The translations under genes were made by a program, and so were the position numbers. Below the pieces are notes generated by a model. The model was given only the letters and a program-made list of their open reading frames with translations. It was not told where the DNA came from and did no database searches. From positions 1 to 57,159 of IMG/VR virus record IMGVR_UViG_3300005294_000044: a DNA stretch of 57,159 nucleotides; one strand, written 5' to 3'. Positions 1 to 8,429 of this stretch are shown here, piece after piece. Source of the stretch: a virus (lineage: Duplodnaviria > Caudoviricetes). Position 1 is the first letter of the stretch; every line of letters begins with the position of its first letter.

Positions 1-111
1 GTAACGCTAGCAAGGCTTTGCAGTGCATGTTTCCCTATTTTTTGGTAGAGTTGGTGGATCCAGAAAGTACAGGTTCACGGAGGTGGATGCGTGGCGCGAA
101 GGTTGGAGGGT
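1..111. repeat. Inverted repeat, left copy (exact reverse complement of 56202-56312)
   Basis: Base-by-base comparison: position 1 pairs with 56312 and 111 with 56202; first mismatch at 112. Contains TGG-TAGAGT (-10-like), GGAGG RBS and the first 7 codons (MARRLEG). Confidence 0.97.
43..51 (+). promoter_or_regulatory. Putative early promoter, extended -10 TGG-TAGAGT after a T-tract
   Basis: TANNNT with TG extension upstream of the RBS and the first ORF; related TTTTTGG-TANNNT copies at 56371-56379 (+) and about 56485-56497 (-). Confidence 0.5.
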
Positions 112-360
112 CTTCCCTTCGAGCGGTTGTACTTGATCAAGGCCGACAATCAGTGGCCGGTCTACGCCTGCGAGAGCGCGTCACAGGCGATCGTTCAGGT
201 GAAGACCCTCAAGAACCAGTCGGATGATCCCCACAACATCAAGGTCCGGGTGTGGCTCCTGACCCCGCTCGGAGCACAGATCACCGTGGAGGAGCTGGAG
301 CTTCAGCAGAAGGTGATCCAGGAGACCCTGGTACCGGCCGGGTTGGCGGTTAAGGAGTAA
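91..360 (+). CDS. Hypothetical protein (MARRLEG start, shared with 55938-56222)
   Basis: ORF with GGAGG RBS; 5' end lies in the inverted repeat. Confidence 0.8.
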   Translation: MARRLEGLPFERLYLIKADNQWPVYACESASQAIVQVKTLKNQSDDPHNIKVRVWLLTPLGAQITVEELELQQKVIQETLVPAGLAVKE

Positions 361-363
361 GGA

Positions 364-651
364 ATGACCCACGAAAGGGCGCGAAGGTTGGAGGGTTGTC
401 CCGAAGCGGTATGGGTGCCTTCGCCAGGGTGGGTGGTGCCCTGCGGGGAACCACCAGTTCCAGGAGAGCACCACTGTCCGCGCCACAGACCGAAGATGAT
501 GGAGAGGACCTATGACAAACGAGGAGAGGTTCAGGTACTTCCTGATCAGGGCCGAACAGGTCCAGCTCAGGATCGAGAAGATGGAGGAAGAGGTCCTGGC
601 CCGCTACCAGGCGGACCCGACCCGCAACCAGGGCCAGGGGCCGTGGGCTGA
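364..651 (+). CDS. Small Cys/His-containing hypothetical protein; 3' end uncertain
   Basis: AAGGAG RBS; contains ARRLEG again; long overlap with the next ORF. Confidence 0.5.
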   Translation: MTHERARRLEGCPEAVWVPSPGWVVPCGEPPVPGEHHCPRHRPKMMERTYDKRGEVQVLPDQGRTGPAQDREDGGRGPGPLPGGPDPQPGPGAVG

Positions 652-799
652 GGCCAGCAAGGAACTGGACAAGGACCAGGGCTACCGGGGAATGGTGAAC
701 CGACGCACCGCGTACCAGGAGCAGGCGCACATGTACGGCCTGGGAGCGATCCTGGACGCGCTACAGGCGGGGAACAGCATCCGCCCCCAGGACTGCTAA
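512..799 (+). CDS. Hypothetical protein
   Basis: GGAGAGG RBS, GC3-rich codons. Confidence 0.75.
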   Translation: MTNEERFRYFLIRAEQVQLRIEKMEEEVLARYQADPTRNQGQGPWAEASKELDKDQGYRGMVNRRTAYQEQAHMYGLGAILDALQAGNSIRPQDC

Positions 800-905
800 C
801 CTTCCCCACGTCGCACGCTTCGGAGGAACACCGAGGCGTCCCGGGGGGCCTGTACGACACCGTGCGGCCGGTTTGGGGTAGAACCCCTGGCCCTCCACCA
901 AGACC

Positions 906-946
906 AGCCCCCTGACCTGGATTGAAGCCGGGTCAGGGGGCTTTTT
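906..946 (+). terminator. Intrinsic terminator
   Basis: AGCCCCCTGACCTGG/CCGGGTCAGGGGGCT stem followed by TTTT. Confidence 0.75.
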
Positions 947-953
947 GGCGTCC

Positions 954-983
954 TTGACCTTGTGTACCGGGGAGGGGTAGGGT
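954..983 (+). promoter_or_regulatory. Putative sigma70-type promoter
   Basis: TTGACC-N18-TAGGGT just after the terminator and upstream of the GAGGAGG RBS. Confidence 0.55.
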
Positions 984-1003
984 GCTCATACGAGGAGGTG
1001 AAG

Positions 1004-1351
1004 ATGCTTGAAATCGAGTTCATCTACGACTGCGGGTGGCGGGTCATCTACGGACCATCGGTAGAGGACCGGGCCCTACCCCTGAAGGACCTGATCAAGA
1101 TCCACGAACGCGAAGCAGACTTCAAGCATGTCCTGAAATGCACCACATGTATGGAGGGGTTCAGTGTCCCAGGGCGAAGAAGACCGACAGCCACCGGACC
1201 CTTGGATGAGTTGGCGCACCCGCCTGGTCGGGTGGCTGTTCAAGAACAAGACACGGTCCCTGAGGGCGGGAGTCAACCCGATAACCCACAAGATCATCGC
1301 GGCCTACCTGACCGGGGACCAGGAGCTGATCTTCCTGATCACTATGTCTGA
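1004..1351 (+). CDS. Hypothetical protein; probably really ends at 1209 (suspected missing G at 1156-1159)
   Basis: Strong RBS before ATG 1004; one extra G gives an ATGA overlap with the ORF starting at 1206. Confidence 0.55.
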   Translation: MLEIEFIYDCGWRVIYGPSVEDRALPLKDLIKIHEREADFKHVLKCTTCMEGFSVPGRRRPTATGPLDELAHPPGRVAVQEQDTVPEGGSQPDNPQDHRGLPDRGPGADLPDHYV

Positions 1352-1415
1352 AACTGAAGCCAGGGCCTGGATCAGGGAGATCGAGGCCGCCCTCAAGGTA
1401 AGGGAGATGATGTGA
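1206..1415 (+). CDS. Hypothetical protein
   Basis: ORF 1164-1415 with likely start MSWRTRL at 1206. Confidence 0.65.
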   Translation: MSWRTRLVGWLFKNKTRSLRAGVNPITHKIIAAYLTGDQELIFLITMSETEARAWIREIEAALKVREMM

Positions 1416-1557
1416 GCTACTTCTACATAGGAAACCACCGAGCACCTCGCGAACACTGGGATCCCCTGCACCGGCTCAACCTTCAGCTTCAGTACTGGTT
1501 CTTGGGCTTCCAGGGGTTGCTGGCCTGGGTGAGCGCCCCCTGGAAGAGGGTGGCCAA

Positions 1558-1830
1558 GTGAGCGAGATGGCCGCCTGGGAGTGCCAATTGTGGGCTGAGA
1601 TCGAGGCCCTACCCATTGAACAGCGGGTCATCGTCTACGCCGAGGCGATCATGTACATCACCCGGGAGCTGCTGTCCAAGCTGGGTGACCGGCGCCGGGA
1701 GCTGATCCTTCAGATGCTGGACCAGCCGGACATGGACGCGATGAAGGTTGCCGAGCTTATCGGCAGCCGACGTAAGACGGTTCAGCGGCTGGCTGATGAG
1801 GGTCGGCAACGGCTTCGGAGTAAGGGGTAG
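1558..1830 (+). CDS. Helix-turn-helix DNA-binding protein
   Basis: C-terminal KVAELIGSRRKTVQRLA HTH-like pattern. Confidence 0.6.
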   Translation: MSEMAAWECQLWAEIEALPIEQRVIVYAEAIMYITRELLSKLGDRRRELILQMLDQPDMDAMKVAELIGSRRKTVQRLADEGRQRLRSKG

Positions 1831-1958
1831 ACGGAACACCCTACCCCCGGTACATTCAGAGTTGCTTGTCTGCACGGATCGATCAACCTTCCCGGGGCCG
1901 GCGTGCTGTCGCACCACCAAGACCGCGCCGGTTCTGGGGAGTCCACAATGGAGGAATA

Positions 1959-2720
1959 ATGGAACTGAACATCCCTGACCATCTGCCCAAGCTGGCCGTT
2001 GGCTCACACGACCGTGGCAGTGGCATGGCGTGCATCATGAACGCCATCTCCTACCTCAACGGTGACATCGAGATCAGCGACGCCCCCGACTGCACTTTCC
2101 CGCTGCTGGCCGATGCCGCGATCGGGCTCAACGACACCCTGTGCAACCACCGCAAAGGCGACCCGGTCATGTGCCAGGAGTGCTCGCACCAGATGTGGCT
2201 GCTCGGGGCCCGGATCATCGGGACTGCTGAAGCAGTCGTCGGGTGGTCGGATCACCACCTGAACGTTCTGCACGTGCGTCTGGCCGCCTGGTGCGCCGAA
2301 CAGGTCCTGGACCTGGTGCCATACCCGCACCGGGAGATCTGCTGGACGGCGATAGTTGCTGCCCGGACGTGGGCCGACAGACCGAACCTGGGTAATGCCA
2401 CGGCTGCTAATGCTGCCGCCAAGGCTACCCTTTCCGCGATCAAGGCCCTTGAGGTTGACTATCCCGGGGCCTCCGCCTGGGCCGCGAATGTCGCCGACTC
2501 GGCAGCCCGAGCCGCTGCTGAAGCTCGTACCGGTCATGCTGGTCACCACACGGCCGATGCTGTGTCCACGGCCAGGCAGGCCATCGCTGCCAACGAACTG
2601 AAGCTGGAACTGTTCCACGGTCTGATCGATGAGTTCGAACGACTCACCGGCACCCGTAGTCCCGGCCTTCCTGAAGGTGCCTACGAGCAGGTGGCCCGCG
2701 AAGCGGCCCTGACCAAGTAA
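1959..2720 (+). CDS. Hypothetical protein with N-terminal Cys motifs and Ala-rich helical repeats
   Basis: GGAGG RBS before ATG 1959 (MELNI); ACIMNAISY...D.PDC motif. Confidence 0.8.
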   Translation: MELNIPDHLPKLAVGSHDRGSGMACIMNAISYLNGDIEISDAPDCTFPLLADAAIGLNDTLCNHRKGDPVMCQECSHQMWLLGARIIGTAEAVVGWSDHHLNVLHVRLAAWCAEQVLDLVPYPHREICWTAIVAARTWADRPNLGNATAANAAAKATLSAIKALEVDYPGASAWAANVADSAARAAAEARTGHAGHHTADAVSTARQAIAANELKLELFHGLIDEFERLTGTRSPGLPEGAYEQVAREAALTK

Positions 2721-2734
2721 CAGATGGAGGAATC

Positions 2735-3355
2735 ATGGAACTGAACATCGCAGGGGAGACGTTTGGCGAAGTCCCCCGCCCCAAGATGCTGGCCTGGCAC
2801 GGTGACCCGGATCTGAAGGCCGAGGCCCTGATGCGGATGAAGACCCACCAGGTCCAGGACGAGATCACCCAGGGCACGTACTTCACTGAAACAAATGTCA
2901 AGATCGGACCTGGCTTCGGATCCGGCTTCAAGGGTTGCTTCCACGGCTGCCTGACCAGCGAGAAGTACATGCAGGAGAACAAGCTCTCACGCAAGAAGTT
3001 CAACCGGATGCTCGACGCCATGGACCTGGATGCCCGTGGTGACCAGGGTGACTGGTATCACCGGCAGGGGGAACTGATCTGGGGTATCCCCGAGGATCTG
3101 GGCGGCCTGCTCGATGTCACCTTTGAAAGCATCGATGGCCCTGAAGAGGCAGCCATGTTCGCTGTCGAATCGATCGAGGCGATGGCGGTAGGAGCTGACT
3201 TGACCGGGGTCGTGCAGGCCCTCGATGACGCCGATACCGCGCTCTACAACAATGACCGCGAAGCCTGGTACGTGACCCGGAGCAACCCCATGATCGGGGC
3301 CCGAGCCGTGCTCCAGATGCTGCGCGAGGCCCCCGTACCGAACCAGGAGAGCTGA
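2735..3355 (+). CDS. Hypothetical protein
   Basis: Same GGAGG/MELNI start cassette; KGCFHGC motif. Confidence 0.8.
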   Translation: MELNIAGETFGEVPRPKMLAWHGDPDLKAEALMRMKTHQVQDEITQGTYFTETNVKIGPGFGSGFKGCFHGCLTSEKYMQENKLSRKKFNRMLDAMDLDARGDQGDWYHRQGELIWGIPEDLGGLLDVTFESIDGPEEAAMFAVESIEAMAVGADLTGVVQALDDADTALYNNDREAWYVTRSNPMIGARAVLQMLREAPVPNQES

Positions 3356-3356
3356 G

Positions 3357-3740
3357 ATGGAGCCGAACAAGGAACGGATCGAAAAGTGGGTGGCCGCCCT
3401 GGAGTCCGATGAGATGCAGGGACGGCAGACCACCGGTGGACTGGGAACCCCGCAGGGCTCTATGTGCGCCGCAGGTGTGGGCGTACGTGTCTGTCAGCAG
3501 GAGATGACGTATATCGGGGTGGATACACCGACGTTCATAGTGGGCTCGGTGGAAGCGGGCCGGTGGTACGGCGTCACTGAGGTTATCGCGGAGATACAGC
3601 GTCTTCCCCAGTTCTACAGCGATCTCCAGTCCCTACCGATCAAGGTCGATGAGCAGACCTACGAACTCTGGTCGGTCAACGACAACCTGAAGCTGAGCTT
3701 CCGGGAGATCGCCCAACTGATCCGCAAGCAGTACCTGTAA
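3357..3740 (+). CDS. Hypothetical protein, paralog of 3750-4088
   Basis: Shared KWVxALES...Q...CAxGVG...VND...SF..IAQLIRKQYL. Confidence 0.85.
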   Translation: MEPNKERIEKWVAALESDEMQGRQTTGGLGTPQGSMCAAGVGVRVCQQEMTYIGVDTPTFIVGSVEAGRWYGVTEVIAEIQRLPQFYSDLQSLPIKVDEQTYELWSVNDNLKLSFREIAQLIRKQYL

Positions 3741-4087
3741 GGAGGAGCGATGGAGCTGAACAAGGACAACCTGGAGAAGTGGGTCGGGGCCCTGGAGTCG
3801 GGCAAGTGGGAACAGACTCGTGGACAACTGGCTGAACCTGGCCCCGGTGGGGAGTTGAGGTTGTGCGCCATCGGAGTAGGTATAGCCGCCATGCTGAAGC
3901 AGAAGAAGAAGGGCGTCGTCGAGTGGAGGATTCTTTCTCACGACGAAGAGTTCAGCAAATGGCTAGGAACGCCGTGCAATCTCCCACTCATGTGGGATGA
4001 GACGGAGTCCTGTGTCGTCGACGTGAACGACGAACACGAGCAGTCGTTCCCGATGATCGCCCAACTGATCCGCAAGCAGTACCTGTA
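3707..4087 (+). repeat. 33-bp perfect direct repeat at 3707-3739 and 4055-4087
   Basis: GATCGCCCAACTGATCCGCAAGCAGTACCTGTA ends both paralogs. Confidence 0.95.
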
Positions 4088-4088
4088 G
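3750..4088 (+). CDS. Hypothetical protein, paralog of 3357-3740
   Basis: Same motifs as above; AGGAGG RBS. Confidence 0.85.
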   Translation: MELNKDNLEKWVGALESGKWEQTRGQLAEPGPGGELRLCAIGVGIAAMLKQKKKGVVEWRILSHDEEFSKWLGTPCNLPLMWDETESCVVDVNDEHEQSFPMIAQLIRKQYL

Positions 4089-4090
4089 CC

Positions 4091-4321
4091 ATGTTCTGGT
4101 GGGAGAAACCGAACCGGGATGCTCGCTGGATCGAGACTGCTGGCGGTGACGCGGTTCCTGAAGCAGGACCGTGTCCTGACTGCGAAAGGCTCATCGTCTA
4201 CAACGGGAACTACTTCTGCTCCAGCTACGAGGAAGGTTCCTGCCAGTGGGCCCTGGAGCATCCAGCGACTACCACCCGTGACCGGGAAGTCTGCGACAAC
4301 CTAGGGATCGGATACGAGTAG
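4091..4321 (+). CDS. Small Zn-ribbon-like protein
   Basis: CPDC...C...C. Confidence 0.65.
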   Translation: MFWWEKPNRDARWIETAGGDAVPEAGPCPDCERLIVYNGNYFCSSYEEGSCQWALEHPATTTRDREVCDNLGIGYE

Positions 4322-4323
4322 CC

Positions 4324-4623
4324 ATGCCCCTGGACCCTGAGACCTATCTGAAGGCGACAGCCGCCCTGGATCGGGCTCACCGTAGTGGATGGGACCCGGT
4401 CGAGCATCTTGATCGGCTCGGCCTGGTCCTGTCCCCGGCCCAACGCACCGATATCCAGGGTCAGATTCTGACCAGTCTTCTGGTGGAGTTGGGCACCTGG
4501 CGGCCGGTGGAACTGCTACGGCGCAAGTACCACGCAGGGCACCAGTGCGCCCCAGCGGACATGTACGTGGTACTCCTGGATTTCATCGAGGAGTATCGGA
4601 ACAAGATCAAGGAGGAAGGGTGA
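4324..4623 (+). CDS. Hypothetical protein
   Basis: Tightly packed ORF in operon. Confidence 0.7.
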   Translation: MPLDPETYLKATAALDRAHRSGWDPVEHLDRLGLVLSPAQRTDIQGQILTSLLVELGTWRPVELLRRKYHAGHQCAPADMYVVLLDFIEEYRNKIKEEG

Positions 4624-4793
4624 TGGAGTGGTGGGAGGCGCCTGTCCCACGTTGGTGGCATCGGTGTCAGGTTTACACAAAGGGGGTTACTGGGCTAGGT
4701 GGTCGAGTCCAGGTCCGGCGATGTGCATGCGGAGCCATCAAACTCGATCAGGGTCCATGGCTTGAACGCAATACCCGTAAGGAGAAGCGATGA
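4623..4793 (+). CDS. Small hypothetical protein
   Basis: TGATG overlap, RBS AGGAGG, RCACG motif. Confidence 0.6.
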   Translation: MEWWEAPVPRWWHRCQVYTKGVTGLGGRVQVRRCACGAIKLDQGPWLERNTRKEKR

Positions 4794-5029
4794 ACGGGAT
4801 CCTGCAACCCGCCGAGGGTGGGTCTCTGTCGGATCTGGGGTTCGCGATCCAGTCCCTGGCCACCGTCAGGGGCTATGTCAGGGCCCTGGAGGATGTGCTC
4901 AGGGACCTGGAGCCACTCTTCCAGGAGGAGGGCGTTGGCGAGGACTGGTTCAAGGCTCTGGAGACGGTCAAGTTCACCACCCGGCAGTGGCTGGACGAGG
5001 CCCGTCAGACCTTGGAGAAGCTCAGTTAG
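4790..5029 (+). CDS. Hypothetical protein
   Basis: ATGA overlap, RBS AGGAG. Confidence 0.7.
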   Translation: MNGILQPAEGGSLSDLGFAIQSLATVRGYVRALEDVLRDLEPLFQEEGVGEDWFKALETVKFTTRQWLDEARQTLEKLS

Positions 5030-5037
5030 GAGTTTCG

Positions 5038-5391
5038 ATGAAGGTAGTACTGCTCGTCATAACCACCCTGTTCACGGCAACCGGACTATTGCTCATCGCT
5101 GGTCTCGGCTTCCCAGGCACACTCCTACGCAAGATCAAGAAACCGGGCACTGGGAAGTGGGAGAACCACCCGTGCAGGCTTCCTACCGATGTCGGTATTA
5201 CCAGTCAGGGTCGCGTGTGGCAGTGTCACTGTGGGCGTCGCTGGAAGTATCTGCGGAAGAAGAAGGATACCGACTATCCCTACAGCAGGACGTTGACCAT
5301 CTGGGAGGAACGCACCCCGGAGATGGACATGAAGGATGAGATGGAGAAACTGGAGAAGCTGACCCGTAAGGCGAAGGAGTCGGGGCTGTGA
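5038..5391 (+). CDS. Membrane-anchored protein with HxC...CxCG motif
   Basis: AGGAG RBS before ATG 5038; hydrophobic N-terminus. Confidence 0.7.
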   Translation: MKVVLLVITTLFTATGLLLIAGLGFPGTLLRKIKKPGTGKWENHPCRLPTDVGITSQGRVWQCHCGRRWKYLRKKKDTDYPYSRTLTIWEERTPEMDMKDEMEKLEKLTRKAKESGL

Positions 5392-5521
5392 CCTTCATCT
5401 GTGGACCTTGCCGTGACCAGGACCATGAGCAGTGCAAGGGTGGCACCTACTGCGACTGCCTGCACCGCGTACCGAAGGGAGATACGTCCAATGTGGATGC
5501 TCGGGATCTGAAGGAAACCTG

Positions 5522-5854
5522 ATGCTCAAGGTTGAGGTATGGAGCCATAAGGACGGGGATCATCTAGCCATCGTCAAGGTCCCCTGGTGGTACAACCTGA
5601 ACGAGTGGCTGGCCGGCTGGGTCTGCCCTTGTCATGGCTTGTCTGGATGGTTGGCTCAACGTTCAGACCGGATCGAGGGATGGCTCCATGCCTTGTACTC
5701 TGCCTGGATCTTCTGGCCTTACAACCACCACAAAGAACAGGAGCTGTTCAAGGTCCTGATCGAGGACAGTTGCGTGGCGCAAGAGGCGATCTGGCCCAGC
5801 AAGAAGACCCTGTGCTGGAGGGAGGATTGTCCGGTCCATGAACATCTACTGTGA
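5522..5854 (+). CDS. Hypothetical protein
   Basis: TGATG coupling; start MLKVEVW. Confidence 0.65.
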   Translation: MLKVEVWSHKDGDHLAIVKVPWWYNLNEWLAGWVCPCHGLSGWLAQRSDRIEGWLHALYSAWIFWPYNHHKEQELFKVLIEDSCVAQEAIWPSKKTLCWREDCPVHEHLL

Positions 5855-6101
5855 CAACTACTCCACCTGTAACTCCCTGGTCCTGGACCAGGGATCGGTG
5901 GCCAAGACCGTAGCCAGGGCCCGGGCCAGAGGCTGGCACCTGTACGCCGGTCCCAGTCTCACCGGCAAGAAGCTGGACGTGGTGCTGTGTGATGGGTGCG
6001 TGGGAACGTCACGGTCACGGGGGCCGGCACCACCCAAGCAGCTGGAGGGACAGGAGCACCTGTTCGCAGTGATGGAGGTACAGGAAGATGAATTGCCTTA
6101 A
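5838..6101 (+). CDS. Small Zn-binding protein
   Basis: CD..C ... GW ... LCDGC pattern; GGAGG RBS. Confidence 0.7.
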   Translation: MNIYCDNYSTCNSLVLDQGSVAKTVARARARGWHLYAGPSLTGKKLDVVLCDGCVGTSRSRGPAPPKQLEGQEHLFAVMEVQEDELP

Positions 6102-6363
6102 ATGCAAGGCTGGTGCCCTGGACCTGCGTCTGGAGCCGATCGGCAAGGTGGTGCATCCGATGCCCACCTACCGCTCCCCGGTCCGCACCTCGCCGGGACT
6201 GCGGGTGTCGTGTCTACGCTGTCGGTGCTGGACCACCTACGGATACATGGATGAAGATAAGTTCATCGAAGTCTCGGAAGGGGCTGTCTGTGAAACAGCG
6301 CAAGTATTACCCCGTCGCACCCGACGTGATCCTCAAGGCCAGTTTCGAGGCAAACGGTCGTAA
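6088..6363 (+). CDS. Zn-ribbon protein; may really end at 6293
   Basis: CLKC...CLRC; one extra G at 6280-6283 gives a GTGA overlap with the next gene. Confidence 0.55.
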   Translation: MNCLKCKAGALDLRLEPIGKVVHPMPTYRSPVRTSPGLRVSCLRCRCWTTYGYMDEDKFIEVSEGAVCETAQVLPRRTRRDPQGQFRGKRS

Positions 6364-6496
6364 CCTGGGTGACTGCCGCAACATCTCCTACAACGACATG
6401 TGGGACCGGTACGGGGCCATCTACAAGAACGAGTACGCCGAGTGGGAACTGAAACGGATCCATGATCGGTGGCGCCGGATCGTAGCGGATCTATAG
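6290..6496 (+). CDS. Hypothetical protein
   Basis: Likely GTG start MKQRKYY within ORF 6113-6496. Confidence 0.6.
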   Translation: MKQRKYYPVAPDVILKASFEANGRNLGDCRNISYNDMWDRYGAIYKNEYAEWELKRIHDRWRRIVADL

Positions 6497-6681
6497 ACCA
6501 AGGAGTGATATCCCTTGCGCAAGATAGATGGGATCACTTATGAGGAAGTGTATCTCGACGAGGAAGATGGCCGTTATCACTACCACTGCTACACGTGCTC
6601 AACATCATTCAGTGGTCCTGATGAATACAAGATCATGAACAAGGCCGACGAGCACGAAAGATCGCATCAGGAGACGAGACA

Positions 6682-7053
6682 GTGACTGAACAGAACCTGC
6701 CCGCCGCACCCGTGTACCGGAACAACAACCGGGACGTTCGGGTGAACGTCTACGACCCACCGGTCATGGGGTTCACCCCCCAGGACCTGACCGAGTTGGG
6801 AGCCCTGCTGGCCTCGTCCGGGTTCACCACCATGCAGACCCGGGCCCTGATCGCCAAGGTCCAGCAGGTGGCCGCACAGGCGGCCGTATCCATGGCCCCG
6901 GACCTGTTGGAGGAGATCCGGAAGATCCAGGAGACCAGGATCCTGGAGATCCTTCAGCGCATCCGTCTGCTGCCCAACACGATGGGCTGGGTGTCACGGG
7001 ATCGGGTGCTCCAGATCATCCAGGATGTCGCCACCAAGGTGCCCCGGTCATGA
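6682..7053 (+). CDS. Hypothetical protein
   Basis: GC3-rich ORF with RBS. Confidence 0.75.
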   Translation: MTEQNLPAAPVYRNNNRDVRVNVYDPPVMGFTPQDLTELGALLASSGFTTMQTRALIAKVQQVAAQAAVSMAPDLLEEIRKIQETRILEILQRIRLLPNTMGWVSRDRVLQIIQDVATKVPRS

Positions 7054-7361
7054 TCGATGAATACGATACCCAGCACCCGGAAACCGGGTCCAGCAACATC
7101 TCCAAGGCCACACCCGAGTGGACAGTGGTCTTGGAGGAGGCCCGCAGGAACTATGACGGGGTCGGCTACGTGCTACACGACGCCTATGCCATTGTCAGCG
7201 AACAGGCCAAGGCTGGGGTTCCCTGGTTCAAGTGCATGAACTGTGGCTGTCCCTACCGGGCGGACCGGGAGGGAGCATCCGTCGACAGTTGTTCCCCGCA
7301 GTGCTGGGGTGACTACCTCAGCTACCTGGACAATTCCTTAGAGGGCATGTGGGACCGGTGA
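7050..7361 (+). CDS. Zn-finger protein
   Basis: CMNCG...CSPQC; ATGA overlap. Confidence 0.7.
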   Translation: MIDEYDTQHPETGSSNISKATPEWTVVLEEARRNYDGVGYVLHDAYAIVSEQAKAGVPWFKCMNCGCPYRADREGASVDSCSPQCWGDYLSYLDNSLEGMWDR

Positions 7362-7554
7362 GGATGTTCATCACCAACGCCCTGGGGACCGTGCACCTGA
7401 TGCGTCAAGACGGCACCACCTGCCCACAAGGGACCAGGGTGCAGCGTCGCCTGGCCGTGTCCGATCTTCAGTGCAAGGTGTACAAGCTGACCCCCTGTGA
7501 CCACTGCTGGCCCCAGTCGAACGAGTTCGATCGCAACATCAACCGGAGGATCAG

Positions 7555-7737
7555 GTGAAGCGCCGGGACCCGGCCCTACTCGTAGGCGGGGCGGTGATGC
7601 TTGTCATTGGCACCGTTGGCGCCATATCCCTGAAGTCCTATGACTTCTGGGATAACACGTGGGGGTTCTTCGCAGGAGCCGGAGCCGCGCAGATAGCCGG
7701 CTACATAGAAAGGTACAGACGAAATGAACAAGACTAG
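7555..7737 (+). CDS. Small membrane protein
   Basis: Two hydrophobic segments; GGAGG RBS. Confidence 0.6.
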   Translation: MKRRDPALLVGGAVMLVIGTVGAISLKSYDFWDNTWGFFAGAGAAQIAGYIERYRRNEQD

Positions 7738-7893
7738 ATGGGCTCTGGCCCTGACGATCGCAGCCGTGACCGGAGCCGTGGTGGCCAACATCTGGTTCCG
7801 TGAGACAGTGACCGAGGCCCTGAACAAGGTTCAGGAGAAGGCCACTGAGCTGGCCGAGGCACTCGGGGTACACGGGGAAGAGATGGAGGAAAA

Positions 7894-8133
7894 GTGAGCG
7901 ACGCACCGTTTTATCTGGGGTCGGTCGCTGCGGTCATTGGCCTGGTCGTTGGTATTGGCGGATCAGCGGTTGCCTTCGCCAATCACTCTGATCACGTCAC
8001 CTGCCTGCGGGCCCAAGAGCAGACGGGCCTGGAAACCAGGTTCGCCCGGTCTGGCTTCCAGGGCGAGTGCTACATCAAGGTCAATGACCGCTGGGTTCCG
8101 CTGGAACGCTGGATCAACGTCGGTAGCGAGTAG
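7894..8133 (+). CDS. Small membrane-anchored/secreted protein
   Basis: N-terminal TM, two Cys, GGAGG RBS. Confidence 0.7.
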   Translation: MSDAPFYLGSVAAVIGLVVGIGGSAVAFANHSDHVTCLRAQEQTGLETRFARSGFQGECYIKVNDRWVPLERWINVGSE

Positions 8134-8216
8134 ATAGGCTCCCGGGTCCAGGTTGTTGCACAGGCTGCTGGGGTGTGGCCGCGCACCCTGGACCCGGGGC
8201 TTTTAAGGAGGAGTAG

Positions 8217-8429
8217 ATGAAAGATCCCAAAGACCACGGCTACTGGGCGGGGGACGTGTTCCACTTCACCCCACCGCTGGAGTTTCCAGGCAAAGATGAT
8301 CTGCCCCATACCGTCAGGTCGATCGACTTGTCCCAGTTGGTTTTGGGCGAGAACATCAGCCGGGATGATGTAGTCCACGCCATGCTCAATTCAGTCCATC
8401 ACGCCATCGAAGGAGAACCTGATGCTTAA
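8217..8429 (+). CDS. Hypothetical protein
   Basis: AAGGAGG RBS. Confidence 0.65.
   Translation: MKDPKDHGYWAGDVFHFTPPLEFPGKDDLPHTVRSIDLSQLVLGENISRDDVVHAMLNSVHHAIEGEPDA

Noticed and set aside
18-227. ORFs starting MQCMFPYF (18-227) and MQCVIPYF (56347-56661) as a paralog pair
   Set aside because: The similarity comes only from the repeated promoter-like DNA motif; TTG starts without RBS and no similarity beyond it.
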